A program made the translations under genes and the position numbers. 38,770 nt of DNA, taken from the NCBI GenBank assembly GCA_046732155.1, contig JBKPMM010000134.1:1-38770 (forward strand). The letters are read 5' to 3'. The notes beneath the pieces were generated by a model, which had not been told where the DNA came from, made no database searches, and saw only the letters and a list, made by a program, of their open reading frames with translations. The DNA comes from Chloroflexota bacterium (GTDB lineage: Bacteria; Chloroflexota; Limnocylindria; Limnocylindrales; CSP1-4). Of the stretch, positions 26,086 to 35,032 are shown one piece after another. Position 1 is the stretch's first letter, and the number at the start of each line of letters is the position of its first letter.

Positions 26086-27529
26086 CCTTCGACGGCGATT
26101 CGCGACTCTCGACGACGTTTCGACGCCGGATCTGTGGGAGACCATCGGCGCCCGCGCTGCCGACCTGGGGCGCGTCGCGACGGTCACGGCGGTGAGCCGC
26201 CCGGTCTTGCGCTCTCGTCGTTCCTCCGGTCGGCCGTTGATCCTCCTCCTCGCGGCGGCCGCAGTACTGGTCGCACTGCTCGCCGGTGCGCTGGTGGTGG
26301 GATCAGGCCCCGTCACACGTCCGGCTATCGTCCCGCCGGATACGTCCGCCTCGATCGGGCCGACCGCGGCGCCGACCGCCACTTCCAGCACCGAGCCGAC
26401 ACCTTCCGCTACTCCCCAAGCTCCCGCCCGTCTCGTCGCGTACACCGTGAGTGAGCCGATCAAGGACTGCCAGCGGCCATTGCAGTCCCTTTGCAGCGTC
26501 GACCGTGCCTGGGTCGTGAACGTTGACGGGACCGGCGCCCACCGGCTGCCGCAGGAATCTGTCCGAGGGGTCCTCGGCTGGACGAGAGACGGCTCCCGGA
26601 TCATGTATTCCGACAATGGCAACCTGGCGATGACCGACGCCACCGGGTCCACGTCGGTGATCGTGCCGAATCGCCCATGGTGTCCATCTGAGGTCAAGGC
26701 GATGGACTGCGAGGTCACGATCGTCGATGGCGGAGCCGCGTCGTCACCGGTACTGGTGCCCGATCGGACCCTCTGTCCGACCCACGTCAGGGACGACAAC
26801 TGCCAGGCCAGCATCGAGGAGGGCATCGCGGTCTCGCCCGACGGTTCTCGGATCGGCTACGTCCTGTCCGAAGGGCGCGATCTCGACATCACCACGGTCG
26901 TCACCTACGCCCTTTCGTCCGGGCACGTCACCAGACTCCAGTCGACCCGCAGCGGCGGTTCGTTCCAATGCAGGACGAGTGCAAGCGGGGGCGTTGATGG
27001 CCGGCCGACCTGGTCGCCGGACGGCACGAAGCTCGCCTTCGAGCGACAGGTGATCGGTCCACTGCGCAACGGGAGCTGCCAGGCAACCATCTATGTCGTC
27101 GATGCTGACGGGGCCGACCTGGTCCAGCTCGTCCCAGAGCGGATGGTCGCGCTGTCGCCGAGCTGGTCGCCGGACGGGACGAGGATCGCCTTCCATACGG
27201 CCACGCCGCAGCCCGGCTATCCATCCGACGAAGGCGCTGTCAAGGCCGACATCTACACGATCCGGCCAGATGGCCACGACCTCCAGCAGCTGACAGGCGA
27301 CGGAACATCGGTCATGGCTCACTGGACGGCGGACGGCCGGATCGTCTACCGCCACCTTCGCTCGCTGTCGGACCCGAGCGAGACCGCGGAGACCTGGGTC
27401 ATGGATGCGGATGGAGGCAACAAGACGCGCATCGCCGGTGACGACGTCCGGGCGTTGACAGAACTCGGATGCACGGTCTGTCCGTACACACCAGCATCCG
27501 GTGACGCCTACTGGCAACCGCGACCCTGA
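26078..27529 (+). CDS. Membrane-anchored TolB-like (PD40 repeat) protein, probable anti-sigma/sensor
   Basis: Overlaps the sigma gene; short cytoplasmic N-terminus, one TM helix, Pro/Thr linker, repeated WSPDG motifs. Confidence 0.78.
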   Translation: MDDLRRRFATLDDVSTPDLWETIGARAADLGRVATVTAVSRPVLRSRRSSGRPLILLLAAAAVLVALLAGALVVGSGPVTRPAIVPPDTSASIGPTAAPTATSSTEPTPSATPQAPARLVAYTVSEPIKDCQRPLQSLCSVDRAWVVNVDGTGAHRLPQESVRGVLGWTRDGSRIMYSDNGNLAMTDATGSTSVIVPNRPWCPSEVKAMDCEVTIVDGGAASSPVLVPDRTLCPTHVRDDNCQASIEEGIAVSPDGSRIGYVLSEGRDLDITTVVTYALSSGHVTRLQSTRSGGSFQCRTSASGGVDGRPTWSPDGTKLAFERQVIGPLRNGSCQATIYVVDADGADLVQLVPERMVALSPSWSPDGTRIAFHTATPQPGYPSDEGAVKADIYTIRPDGHDLQQLTGDGTSVMAHWTADGRIVYRHLRSLSDPSETAETWVMDADGGNKTRIAGDDVRALTELGCTVCPYTPASGDAYWQPRP

Positions 27530-27548
27530 TCGCACGCAACGTCCACTG

Positions 27549-27581
27549 AAAAGCCCGGTCCATCGGATGGGCCGGGCTTTT
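27549..27581. terminator. Bidirectional Rho-independent terminator
   Basis: AAAAGCCCGGTCCATC/GATGGGCCGGGCTTTT between the converging CDS and tRNA. Confidence 0.85.
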
Positions 27582-27592
27582 GGCGTCGAGGT

Positions 27593-27669
27593 TGGTACCG
27601 CATACCGGATTCGAACCGGTGATCTCCGCCTTGAGAGGGCGGTGTCCTAGGCCTCTAGACGAATGCGGC
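27593..27669 (-). tRNA. tRNA-Glu (anticodon CTC)
   Basis: GCCGCATTCGTCTAGAGGCCTAGGACACCGCCCTCTCAAGGCGGAGATCACCGGTTCGAATCCGGTATGCGGTACCA: cloverleaf, GGTTCGAATCC T-arm, encoded CCA; extended -10 TGGTATCCT upstream (27706-27714). Confidence 0.97.
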
Positions 27670-27763
27670 GCCGGCCGTCGGGTGGGGACCACCACGACGG
27701 CCGACAGGATACCAAAGGAGGCCTGCCCAGGCGCCCGGTCGACCCGGGCACCCAGGCGCGATC

Positions 27764-29845
27764 TCAGCCGGGACGAAGCACGTAGAGCCCGTCGAGGGCG
27801 ACCGTCGGCCGACCGGCTGTGCCGAGGACCTGGATCCGCAGCGTGTGCCGGCCGTCCTTGAGGGCGGCAGCCCAGATGACGTCACGTGCCTTGAATGTCG
27901 CGCGATACGTGTCGACGGTCGCGACCAGGCGCCCATCGACGATGACCCGCGCCTTACCGCGCGTCGGGCCGACGGGGCCGGCCCATGCGACCGATGCCCC
28001 ATCGAACGTGTACGTCGCAGACGCGCTGCGAGCCTTCGTCCAATGCGCTCGGCGGTTCAGATAGCTCGAATAGTTCACGAAGGACCACGTGCCGCTGTAT
28101 CGGATCGCCGAGGACGAGTCCGACAGTGCCGTCGGGATCGTCCAGTCGGAGGATCGCCAGTCGCCGGCTGCGCCGTTGCGGTCGACCGCACGGACCCGAT
28201 AGCGCACCTCGTGCGCCGACGGGAGGACGTGACGAAGGACACTCGACCTCGGTGAAGCGAGCGGGAACCGCACCCAGTCGCCGGACCCGACACGGTACTC
28301 GACCTGGTAGCTCTGAAGGCCTGCGTCAGCGGACTGCAGACTCCAGTCGACCACGACCGGCACGCCGGCCGTGGGGACATCCGAGCTCGCCGACAGGAGC
28401 ACGACGGGACGCGAGACTTGCGGTGGATCGCTCGTCTGCGGCTGGGGCCGTGGAGCGGGTGTCGGAGCCGGTGTCGGAGCAGGCGTCGGGTCCGCGGTCG
28501 GATCCGGTGTCGGTTCCGCTGTCGGCGCCGGCGTGGGATCCGGCGTCGCAGTGGGGTCCGGGGTCGGCCCTTTGCCACTCGACCCATCGGTCGGCGTGGG
28601 CGCGGCCGTCGGCGAGCCGGTCGGTGCCGGGGTCGGACTCGGCGAGCGGGTCGGACTCGGCGACGCGGACGGCGCCGATGTCGGCTGTGTGGTCGGCTTC
28701 GGGGTTGCCGTCGGTGCTGGCGTCGTCGCCGTCGTCGTGCTACTCGACGATGACGGGCCATACAGCCAATCGGTGAACCCGAAGTTCTTGCCTCCACGAG
28801 CCGGCGGGGAGCCGTGGTACGACGTCCCGTAACGACGGTCGATCAGCCAGGTCTGCCACTCGTCGTCGCCGGTCGCCGGCCAATGCGCACGCTCGTACAA
28901 GAAGCGCACGGCCCGCAGGATGGCCTTGTTCGACCACGACCACGCGTCGTAGCCGCCGGCTCGGAGCAGCTCTGCCTCGAGGACGGCGCCTTGCAGCGCT
29001 TCCCAGGGATAACCGGTGGCCAACGGAGGCCACTGGAATGAGCCGCCGCGACGCATGTCGTCTGGCAACGCTCCACCGATATCGACGCCGGATTTGACGC
29101 ACGGCGGATCGATGCCGACGGGCTGACTGGTACTGCACTGCCAACTCAGATCGCCGTACGTGAAGCTCGCGTAGGCGGTGCGGTCACCGAGCCAGCCACG
29201 GAACACTTGCGCGGTCCGGGCGAGCTGGGCCGAATCGCCGAGGTAGCTCGCGATCGCTGCTCTCGCGGCGCCTGCGTGCGTACCCCAGTTGTTCGGGCGA
29301 CCCTCCTGGGTGCTGATCAGCGTCTTGCCGCTCAGGTCCTCGGTGAGCACCTTGCGAAGCCACGGCCGGAACGTGTTCGAATCGAACGACGCGTCCGCGG
29401 AGCCGAGGTCGATGAAGTCGGCCGCGAGAACGTACCCGGGAAGGTTTCGCGCGGCGGCGAGCGTGCGACCACCACTCTCGGTCCCGACAGCAGCCTTCAG
29501 CGCGGCGATGACTGACGTCCTGTAGGACGCGACGCCGGTCCGGGCGTAGACGAGGGATTTGGCGAGGGTGGTCTGGTCGGCGGACTCGTCCTGATTGGAG
29601 ATGTCCGGGGTCCCGACCGACGAGTCGGCGCGTGCCTTGAGCGCACTCCACGCCGCGCCGGAGGTCGGCAGCGCCAGGAGTTGCGAGCGGGACATCAGGA
29701 TGTAATCCGATGCCGCGGCGGTGGGGCTGAGGCGGGCGATCGCGAGGATGGTCGCGACCGCGACGAGGATCGCCACGGAGTTGACGATCAGCGAGGGGAT
29801 GGTCCGGCGAGACGCCCACTGGGCGCCGTTTGAGACCGCCGACAT
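27764..29845 (-). CDS. Secreted multidomain protein: alginate-lyase-like catalytic domain, Pro/Thr linker, FN3-like and C-terminal beta domain
   Basis: Signal/TM N-terminus, NNWGTH motif, PTP-rich linker, YRVRAVDRNG (FN3), AGGAAGGAG RBS. Confidence 0.7.
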   Translation of the reverse strand: MSAVSNGAQWASRRTIPSLIVNSVAILVAVATILAIARLSPTAAASDYILMSRSQLLALPTSGAAWSALKARADSSVGTPDISNQDESADQTTLAKSLVYARTGVASYRTSVIAALKAAVGTESGGRTLAAARNLPGYVLAADFIDLGSADASFDSNTFRPWLRKVLTEDLSGKTLISTQEGRPNNWGTHAGAARAAIASYLGDSAQLARTAQVFRGWLGDRTAYASFTYGDLSWQCSTSQPVGIDPPCVKSGVDIGGALPDDMRRGGSFQWPPLATGYPWEALQGAVLEAELLRAGGYDAWSWSNKAILRAVRFLYERAHWPATGDDEWQTWLIDRRYGTSYHGSPPARGGKNFGFTDWLYGPSSSSSTTTATTPAPTATPKPTTQPTSAPSASPSPTRSPSPTPAPTGSPTAAPTPTDGSSGKGPTPDPTATPDPTPAPTAEPTPDPTADPTPAPTPAPTPAPRPQPQTSDPPQVSRPVVLLSASSDVPTAGVPVVVDWSLQSADAGLQSYQVEYRVGSGDWVRFPLASPRSSVLRHVLPSAHEVRYRVRAVDRNGAAGDWRSSDWTIPTALSDSSSAIRYSGTWSFVNYSSYLNRRAHWTKARSASATYTFDGASVAWAGPVGPTRGKARVIVDGRLVATVDTYRATFKARDVIWAAALKDGRHTLRIQVLGTAGRPTVALDGLYVLRPG
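28450..28735 (-). repeat. Low-complexity Pro/Thr linker repeats (PTPAPT/PTPDPT)
   Basis: Degenerate 12-nt units such as GGTGTCGGAGCC within the CDS. Confidence 0.7.
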
Positions 29846-30142
29846 GACGCTCCTTCCTACCTGGACGCCGTCGGGGGACGGCGAACGAAGGCTGTCCGGG
29901 CGTGCCTCGACACGGACCCGGGGCTATCCAGGGAGCGGTGGGGGGAATGGGGGCCGGCGACCGGTCGTCAGTGAGCGCGGCGGCCGACCGCCGTGGGGGG
30001 ACTCCCTGCGCCGGTCATTCTGGCAGACATCTCAAAGGCATGCTGCCGGCCGCAACGGAGCATTACGCGCGTGTCACACGGGAGCGGTGCCCGGCCGCAC
30101 CGGAAAGGAGGCGAGACCCCGACCGATCGCGCCCCCGCGGCC

Positions 30143-31021
30143 CTAGAGGCGATGCATGTCGAGGAAGCTCCGAAGGGCCTCGGCGACCTGCTGATAGCTC
30201 GATTCACCGTGGATCAGGCCGTAGTGGGAGTGGGCACCGAACGGTTCGAACTCTGCGTCGAGCCATTCGGCCAGTCGCTCGGCGTCGTCGAGCGGCGTGT
30301 AGCGGTCGAGCCCACCGGCGATGACCAGGCGCGGGACTTCGGAGACCACGCGCCGATCGACCGGGATGCCGGCGATGACCTGGCGTCGAGCCGCTCCGGA
30401 CTCGTGCGGCTTCTGACCGAGCAGGTGCTGGATGCGGAGCACGTCCGGCAGCGTGAGGTCGCGCTCATCACGGAGCAGGCGCTCGGGAAGCGTCTCCCAG
30501 CCGATGAGGCTGCGACCGTAGACCTCGGGGACCTCGCGGATCTCGTACGGCCGACTTGCTGGCCGAAGGTCCCGAGGCATCTGCGGCGCGACCAGCACGA
30601 GGCCGGAGATGGCGACGCGTTCCGCTGCCTTCAGCGCGAGCAGCGAGCCCATGCCATGCCCGACGGCGACGGTCGTCGGCCCGAGGCGATCGAGTGCCGC
30701 GACCACGTCCTCGACATAGGTATCGAACGACAGCGTCGTCGGGTCGGCGGTCTGCGACCAATGGTGGTTACGGAGGTTGATCGCGTGGCCTTCCCAGCCT
30801 CGTCCGGCGAAGTACCCGAGGAACCGCTCCCACACCCACGAACCTGCCAGTTCGCCGTGAACGAACATCAGCGGCTTCCGGCGCGAGCGCCGCTCAGGCA
30901 GCCACGACTCGATGTATATGCCGCGATCGTGCAGCTCGATCTCGTCCTTGCGGACGGGCCGCCCGTTCGACGGCGGGACCGCGGCGCGGGTCAGGATGGG
31001 CTCGGGGAACGTGTCGGGCAT
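30143..31021 (-). CDS. Alpha/beta hydrolase-fold protein (nucleophile site reads GHGMG)
   Basis: FVHG oxyanion motif, INLRNH, GHGMG elbow, GGLD, HSH. Confidence 0.8.
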   Translation of the reverse strand: MPDTFPEPILTRAAVPPSNGRPVRKDEIELHDRGIYIESWLPERRSRRKPLMFVHGELAGSWVWERFLGYFAGRGWEGHAINLRNHHWSQTADPTTLSFDTYVEDVVAALDRLGPTTVAVGHGMGSLLALKAAERVAISGLVLVAPQMPRDLRPASRPYEIREVPEVYGRSLIGWETLPERLLRDERDLTLPDVLRIQHLLGQKPHESGAARRQVIAGIPVDRRVVSEVPRLVIAGGLDRYTPLDDAERLAEWLDAEFEPFGAHSHYGLIHGESSYQQVAEALRSFLDMHRL

Positions 31022-31026
31022 ACGGC

Positions 31027-32349
31027 TCACCACTCGTGGGGATTGATGACCAGGCCGGTCAGGGCCTTGGGATAGAAGTAGGTCGATTTCTGGGGCATGA
31101 CGTCGCCTTCACGGGCGACAGCTTCGATGGATATGACCGGTGTGGGCTCGAGCAGGAAGGCGGCGTCAGCGCCGGCTCCCGCGTCGACGGTCGCGATCGC
31201 GTCCGCAGCCGATTTCGTGTAGTCGATGGCGCCGTCCGCGACAGCTTCGCGGTCGATACCGGCGAGCTGGTCGAGGGCAGTCGCGAGCAGCGTGACGTCG
31301 AGCGATCGGACCGCCTCGCCGCCGGCTGGAAGGAGCGGTTCGAACTCGTCGCGACGGGCGGTGAGGACGGCCCCGCCGCTCCGCGTCCATAGCCCGAACC
31401 TGCCTCGACCTCCCGCCGCGTCAGCGCCGGAGAAAGCCGTAACGAGCGCATCTGGTGATGCGACCGGCTCGACGTCGAATAGTTCGGCCGCGCGCGCGAG
31501 CAGCTGCTCCGCACCGTCGGATCCGATCCGGCGGACCAGCCGGTGTGTCGGCATTACCGTCAGCTCCTGCCGGGTCGCTTCGAGCATCAGCACCAGGACG
31601 TAGTCGAACGGCGGGTCCTCGTCACACGACCGGGTCATCCGACGCTCGTCGCGGTATCGAAGCGCGGTCTCGTATCGGTGGTGGCCGTCGGCGATCGTCA
31701 CCGGCCCCGCACCCGCCGCCTCCAAGAGTGAGCCTGCCACTACGCCCGCGGGGCCGTCACCCGACGCGGGGAGTGCCCACATCCGATGACATACGCCGTC
31801 GTCGTCGGTGATGTCCACATCGGGTGGCCCGCCGGCGACGGCGGCCAGGCGCTCCTCGGCGCCGCCGGACGCGTCGTCGAACAGCATGACGACCGGACTC
31901 GTGTTCACGCCCGTGGCGCGGAGCAGCTTGTAGCGGTCCTCCTTGGGCCCGCTGAGCGTCCGTTCGTGGGGCAGCACCCCCGAGTCCGGTCCATACGGTT
32001 CCAGCCGAAGTCGGGCGAAGAAGCCGCGCTGCGTCCGCTCGTGTTCCGTACCAGGGACCCGATAGCGCTGCTCGTACACGTAGATCGACGGCTGCGGGTC
32101 CTTCCGCAGCGTCCCATCCGATCGCCATCCAGCGAGTGTCCGGGCGGCGCGGCGATACCGGTCGTCCGGTCCGTCGCCCGGCTCCTCGACCGGCATGTCG
32201 AGACGGACGACATTGGCCGGGGCACTCGCGACCAGTCGTGCTCTCGCCTCGGGCTCGATGACGTCGTACGGCGGTGCCACCACCTTCGCCAGGTCGCCGA
32301 CGCGAGACGGTTCGTACCGCAGGGCGCGGAAAGGTCGGAGATCGGGCAA
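31027..32349 (-). CDS. DUF1015 family protein
   Basis: PFRALRY, APPYDVI, PHERT, IADGHHRYETA, PTHR, MPQKSTYFYPK; start TTG 32349. Confidence 0.88.
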   Translation of the reverse strand: MPDLRPFRALRYEPSRVGDLAKVVAPPYDVIEPEARARLVASAPANVVRLDMPVEEPGDGPDDRYRRAARTLAGWRSDGTLRKDPQPSIYVYEQRYRVPGTEHERTQRGFFARLRLEPYGPDSGVLPHERTLSGPKEDRYKLLRATGVNTSPVVMLFDDASGGAEERLAAVAGGPPDVDITDDDGVCHRMWALPASGDGPAGVVAGSLLEAAGAGPVTIADGHHRYETALRYRDERRMTRSCDEDPPFDYVLVLMLEATRQELTVMPTHRLVRRIGSDGAEQLLARAAELFDVEPVASPDALVTAFSGADAAGGRGRFGLWTRSGGAVLTARRDEFEPLLPAGGEAVRSLDVTLLATALDQLAGIDREAVADGAIDYTKSAADAIATVDAGAGADAAFLLEPTPVISIEAVAREGDVMPQKSTYFYPKALTGLVINPHEW

Positions 32350-32467
32350 TGGATCCCTTCGGGGGTGACGGCACGCGGCCTGCGGCTCAGGGGACGACCT
32401 CATCGTACGATACGTCTCGTGCGGACCGCGACCGAAGCGTCGGAGACGCGTCGTCGAGGGGCGACAC

Positions 32468-32493
32468 GCAACTTTCACGGGGGACCAGGCGTC
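32468..32493 (+). promoter_or_regulatory. Possible ECF-sigma promoter GCAAC-N17-CGTC
   Basis: AAC/CGT spacing typical of ECF promoters, upstream of the envelope operon. Confidence 0.35.
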
Positions 32494-32536
32494 CTTGCTG
32501 CGTCCATCCCCGCCTGACGGCAGCTTCGGAGTCCGC

Positions 32537-35032
32537 GTGTCCCAGCCACGGTCCCCCAAGGTCTCGTTCGTCGTTCGCCTCGTGCGCTTCGGGGCGGTCG
32601 CGATGCTGCTTGGGACGCTGGTCGCAACGCCGGCCACCGCTCGTACGGCCTTCCCGGCGACCGTCGCCCCGCCAGCCGGACTCACGATGACCGCGACGGT
32701 CCTCCTCCAGGGGCATGCCCGGATCGGCGCATGGATGGCGATCGACGTCCGGCTCAAGAACGACGGACCGCCGCTCTCGGGCGAGTTGCGCCTGACCGGT
32801 GGGACACAGGGGCGCACCCGTTTCGGGACCCAGGTCGAGGCGCCCACCCAGTCCGATCAGACGCATCGGCTCTACGTCCAACCGCCGGGCTTCGGCCGCG
32901 AGATCGAGGTCAGCCTCGTCAACGGTGCGACGACGATCGCGACGACCAAGGCTACGTACCAGATCCACGACGGCACGCAGATGATCGTCGGCATCGTCGC
33001 CGAGCGTCCCGGCGACATCATCGGCGACCTCGACCTGCTACCGAACGTGAACAACGTGAAGCCGCTGACGATCGGCCTGCAGCCGAGCGATCTTCCCGAC
33101 CGCGTCGAAGCGTGGGGCTCGCTGGACCGCCTTGTGTGGCAGGACGTCGATTCGAACCAGCTGACCCCGGAGCAGATCAAGGCGCTGCGCGGGTGGGTCG
33201 CCGGCGGCGGGCGACTGATCATCGCGGGCGGCACCGCGGGTCCAGCGAGCCTGTCGGCGTTCCCCGATGTGCTCCTCCCCTACCGCCCGACGGCGACGAC
33301 CGACATCGCGCCGTCGTCGCTCGTGGCGCTCCTCGGTGAGGTGCCGACGGGTGCGAAGGATCTGCCGGCGCTGTCCGGCAAGCTCGCAGCCGGTCGCGCG
33401 CTCGCGACCGTCGGCGCCGAGACCGTCGCGGCTGAACGCGGCTACGGAGGCGGCGCGGTCACGCTCGTCGGGTTCGATCCGACTGCCAAATGGCTGGCCG
33501 GTACGAACGCCGCCGAAGGCCTCTGGCGCCGCCTGATCCCGACCCGGTCGACGGGGACCGCAGGCAGCGGCGACGACAGCCAGATCGTCCAGGCGGCAGC
33601 GCAGCTCCCGAACCTCGCCCTTCCGCCGGTCGGCGGGCTGATCGCCCTGCTTGTCGTCTACATCCTGCTGATCGGCCCGATCAACTACCTCATCCTCAAG
33701 CGGATCGACCGGCGCGAATGGGCGTGGGTCACGATGCCCGTCCTGATCATCGCCTTCGCCGTCGGCGCGTACGGTTTCGGCTCGCTGCTCCGAGGCACGA
33801 ATGTGCTGGTCAACGAGGCGGCGATAGTCCGTGGCGCACCCGGCGCGACCGAAGGTCTGGCGCAGACCTACCTCGGCGTCTTCTCGCCGACCCGCGCCAA
33901 CTACCAGATCAGGTTCCCGGGCGGAGCCCTGCTGTCCTCGCCGACCAACGGCGACTTCCTCGGCGACGGCACCGCTGCCGGCCTCGATGTCCTCCAGGGC
34001 GATCCGTCGCGCGTCCGTGACCTGGGTGTCGGGTTCGGCTCGCTGCGCACGATCCGTGCCGAAAGTGCCGTCCCGGTGCCGCTCGTCCAAGCGGCACTCA
34101 AGCTCGAGAACGGCCGTCTGCGCGGCACGGTCACGAACGCGTCGCAGGAGACGCTCGAAGCGCCGGCCGTCGTGCTCGGCGGGACGGTCGCCAAGCTGAA
34201 CGATCTGGCGCCCGGCCAGACCGGCACCGTCGACGCGGCGATGCAAGCCGTGCAGATGGGGCAGCAGCTTTCCGACAAGATCGTCGGGCCGCTGTTCTTC
34301 GGCGACCCGCGCCAGGCCGGCGAGGGGTCAGCCCGCCAGTACGCGCGGCACACGATCATCGACCAACTCACATTCGATCCGAACTGGGGATTCACCGGGC
34401 AGCTTCCCGCGGACGGCGCCGTCGTCCTTGCATGGTCCGATCGTGAGCTGCTGCCGGTCGAGATCGAGGGTCAGGTCGCGCGGCGGAGTGCGAACGTGCT
34501 GTGGTTCCTGCCAGCGGATGTCTCGATCAGCGGCAAGACCACGTTCCGCCAGGACCTGATGCGGAACACGGTCGTTTCGAGCGACGCGGCGTTCTTCAAT
34601 AAGGATCCGTTCAGCATGAACTTCGGGAAGGGGAAGGCGGACCTGTCCTTCCGACCGATCTCGTTCGACGGCACGATCGCCGCCTCGCAACTCGCGCTCG
34701 GCTTCAATGCCGGCGACATCGGGGGCCTCCCGGGCGACCCGACGCTGGTCAAGCCGCTGGAGCAGATCCCCATCGCGTGTGGCGATAAGCCCGTCGAGGG
34801 CTGTGTCGCGCGGGTCTTCGATGGACTGCCCGAGGTCGAGCTATTCGACCTGACCTCGTCGACCTGGCGCCACCTGCCGCACATGAACGGCGGCCAGCGA
34901 TATGCCGTCGACGAACCAGCGCACTATGTCGATGCCACGACCGGGACCGTGCTCGTCCGCTTCATCAACGACGCGAGCGACTCGGTGGGCTTCAGCCTCG
35001 ACCTCTCGATCACCGGGGACATCCATCAATGA
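32537..35032 (+). CDS. Large membrane protein with a class I GATase-like central domain and TM hairpins
   Basis: Signal-like N-terminus, WVAGGGRLIIAGG, YILLIGPINYLILKRIDRREWAWVTMP. Start uncertain (32495-32603). Confidence 0.78.
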   Translation: MSQPRSPKVSFVVRLVRFGAVAMLLGTLVATPATARTAFPATVAPPAGLTMTATVLLQGHARIGAWMAIDVRLKNDGPPLSGELRLTGGTQGRTRFGTQVEAPTQSDQTHRLYVQPPGFGREIEVSLVNGATTIATTKATYQIHDGTQMIVGIVAERPGDIIGDLDLLPNVNNVKPLTIGLQPSDLPDRVEAWGSLDRLVWQDVDSNQLTPEQIKALRGWVAGGGRLIIAGGTAGPASLSAFPDVLLPYRPTATTDIAPSSLVALLGEVPTGAKDLPALSGKLAAGRALATVGAETVAAERGYGGGAVTLVGFDPTAKWLAGTNAAEGLWRRLIPTRSTGTAGSGDDSQIVQAAAQLPNLALPPVGGLIALLVVYILLIGPINYLILKRIDRREWAWVTMPVLIIAFAVGAYGFGSLLRGTNVLVNEAAIVRGAPGATEGLAQTYLGVFSPTRANYQIRFPGGALLSSPTNGDFLGDGTAAGLDVLQGDPSRVRDLGVGFGSLRTIRAESAVPVPLVQAALKLENGRLRGTVTNASQETLEAPAVVLGGTVAKLNDLAPGQTGTVDAAMQAVQMGQQLSDKIVGPLFFGDPRQAGEGSARQYARHTIIDQLTFDPNWGFTGQLPADGAVVLAWSDRELLPVEIEGQVARRSANVLWFLPADVSISGKTTFRQDLMRNTVVSSDAAFFNKDPFSMNFGKGKADLSFRPISFDGTIAASQLALGFNAGDIGGLPGDPTLVKPLEQIPIACGDKPVEGCVARVFDGLPEVELFDLTSSTWRHLPHMNGGQRYAVDEPAHYVDATTGTVLVRFINDASDSVGFSLDLSITGDIHQ

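Noticed and set aside
23900-27669. Genomic island integrated at tRNA-Glu
   Set aside because: No integrase and no duplicated tRNA 3' end seen in the window; a native terminator directly follows the tRNA.
27593-27669. G1:U72 wobble in the tRNA-Glu acceptor stem as a sign of a pseudogene
   Set aside because: The remaining stems, CCA end, promoter and terminator are intact; a terminal G:U pair is tolerated.
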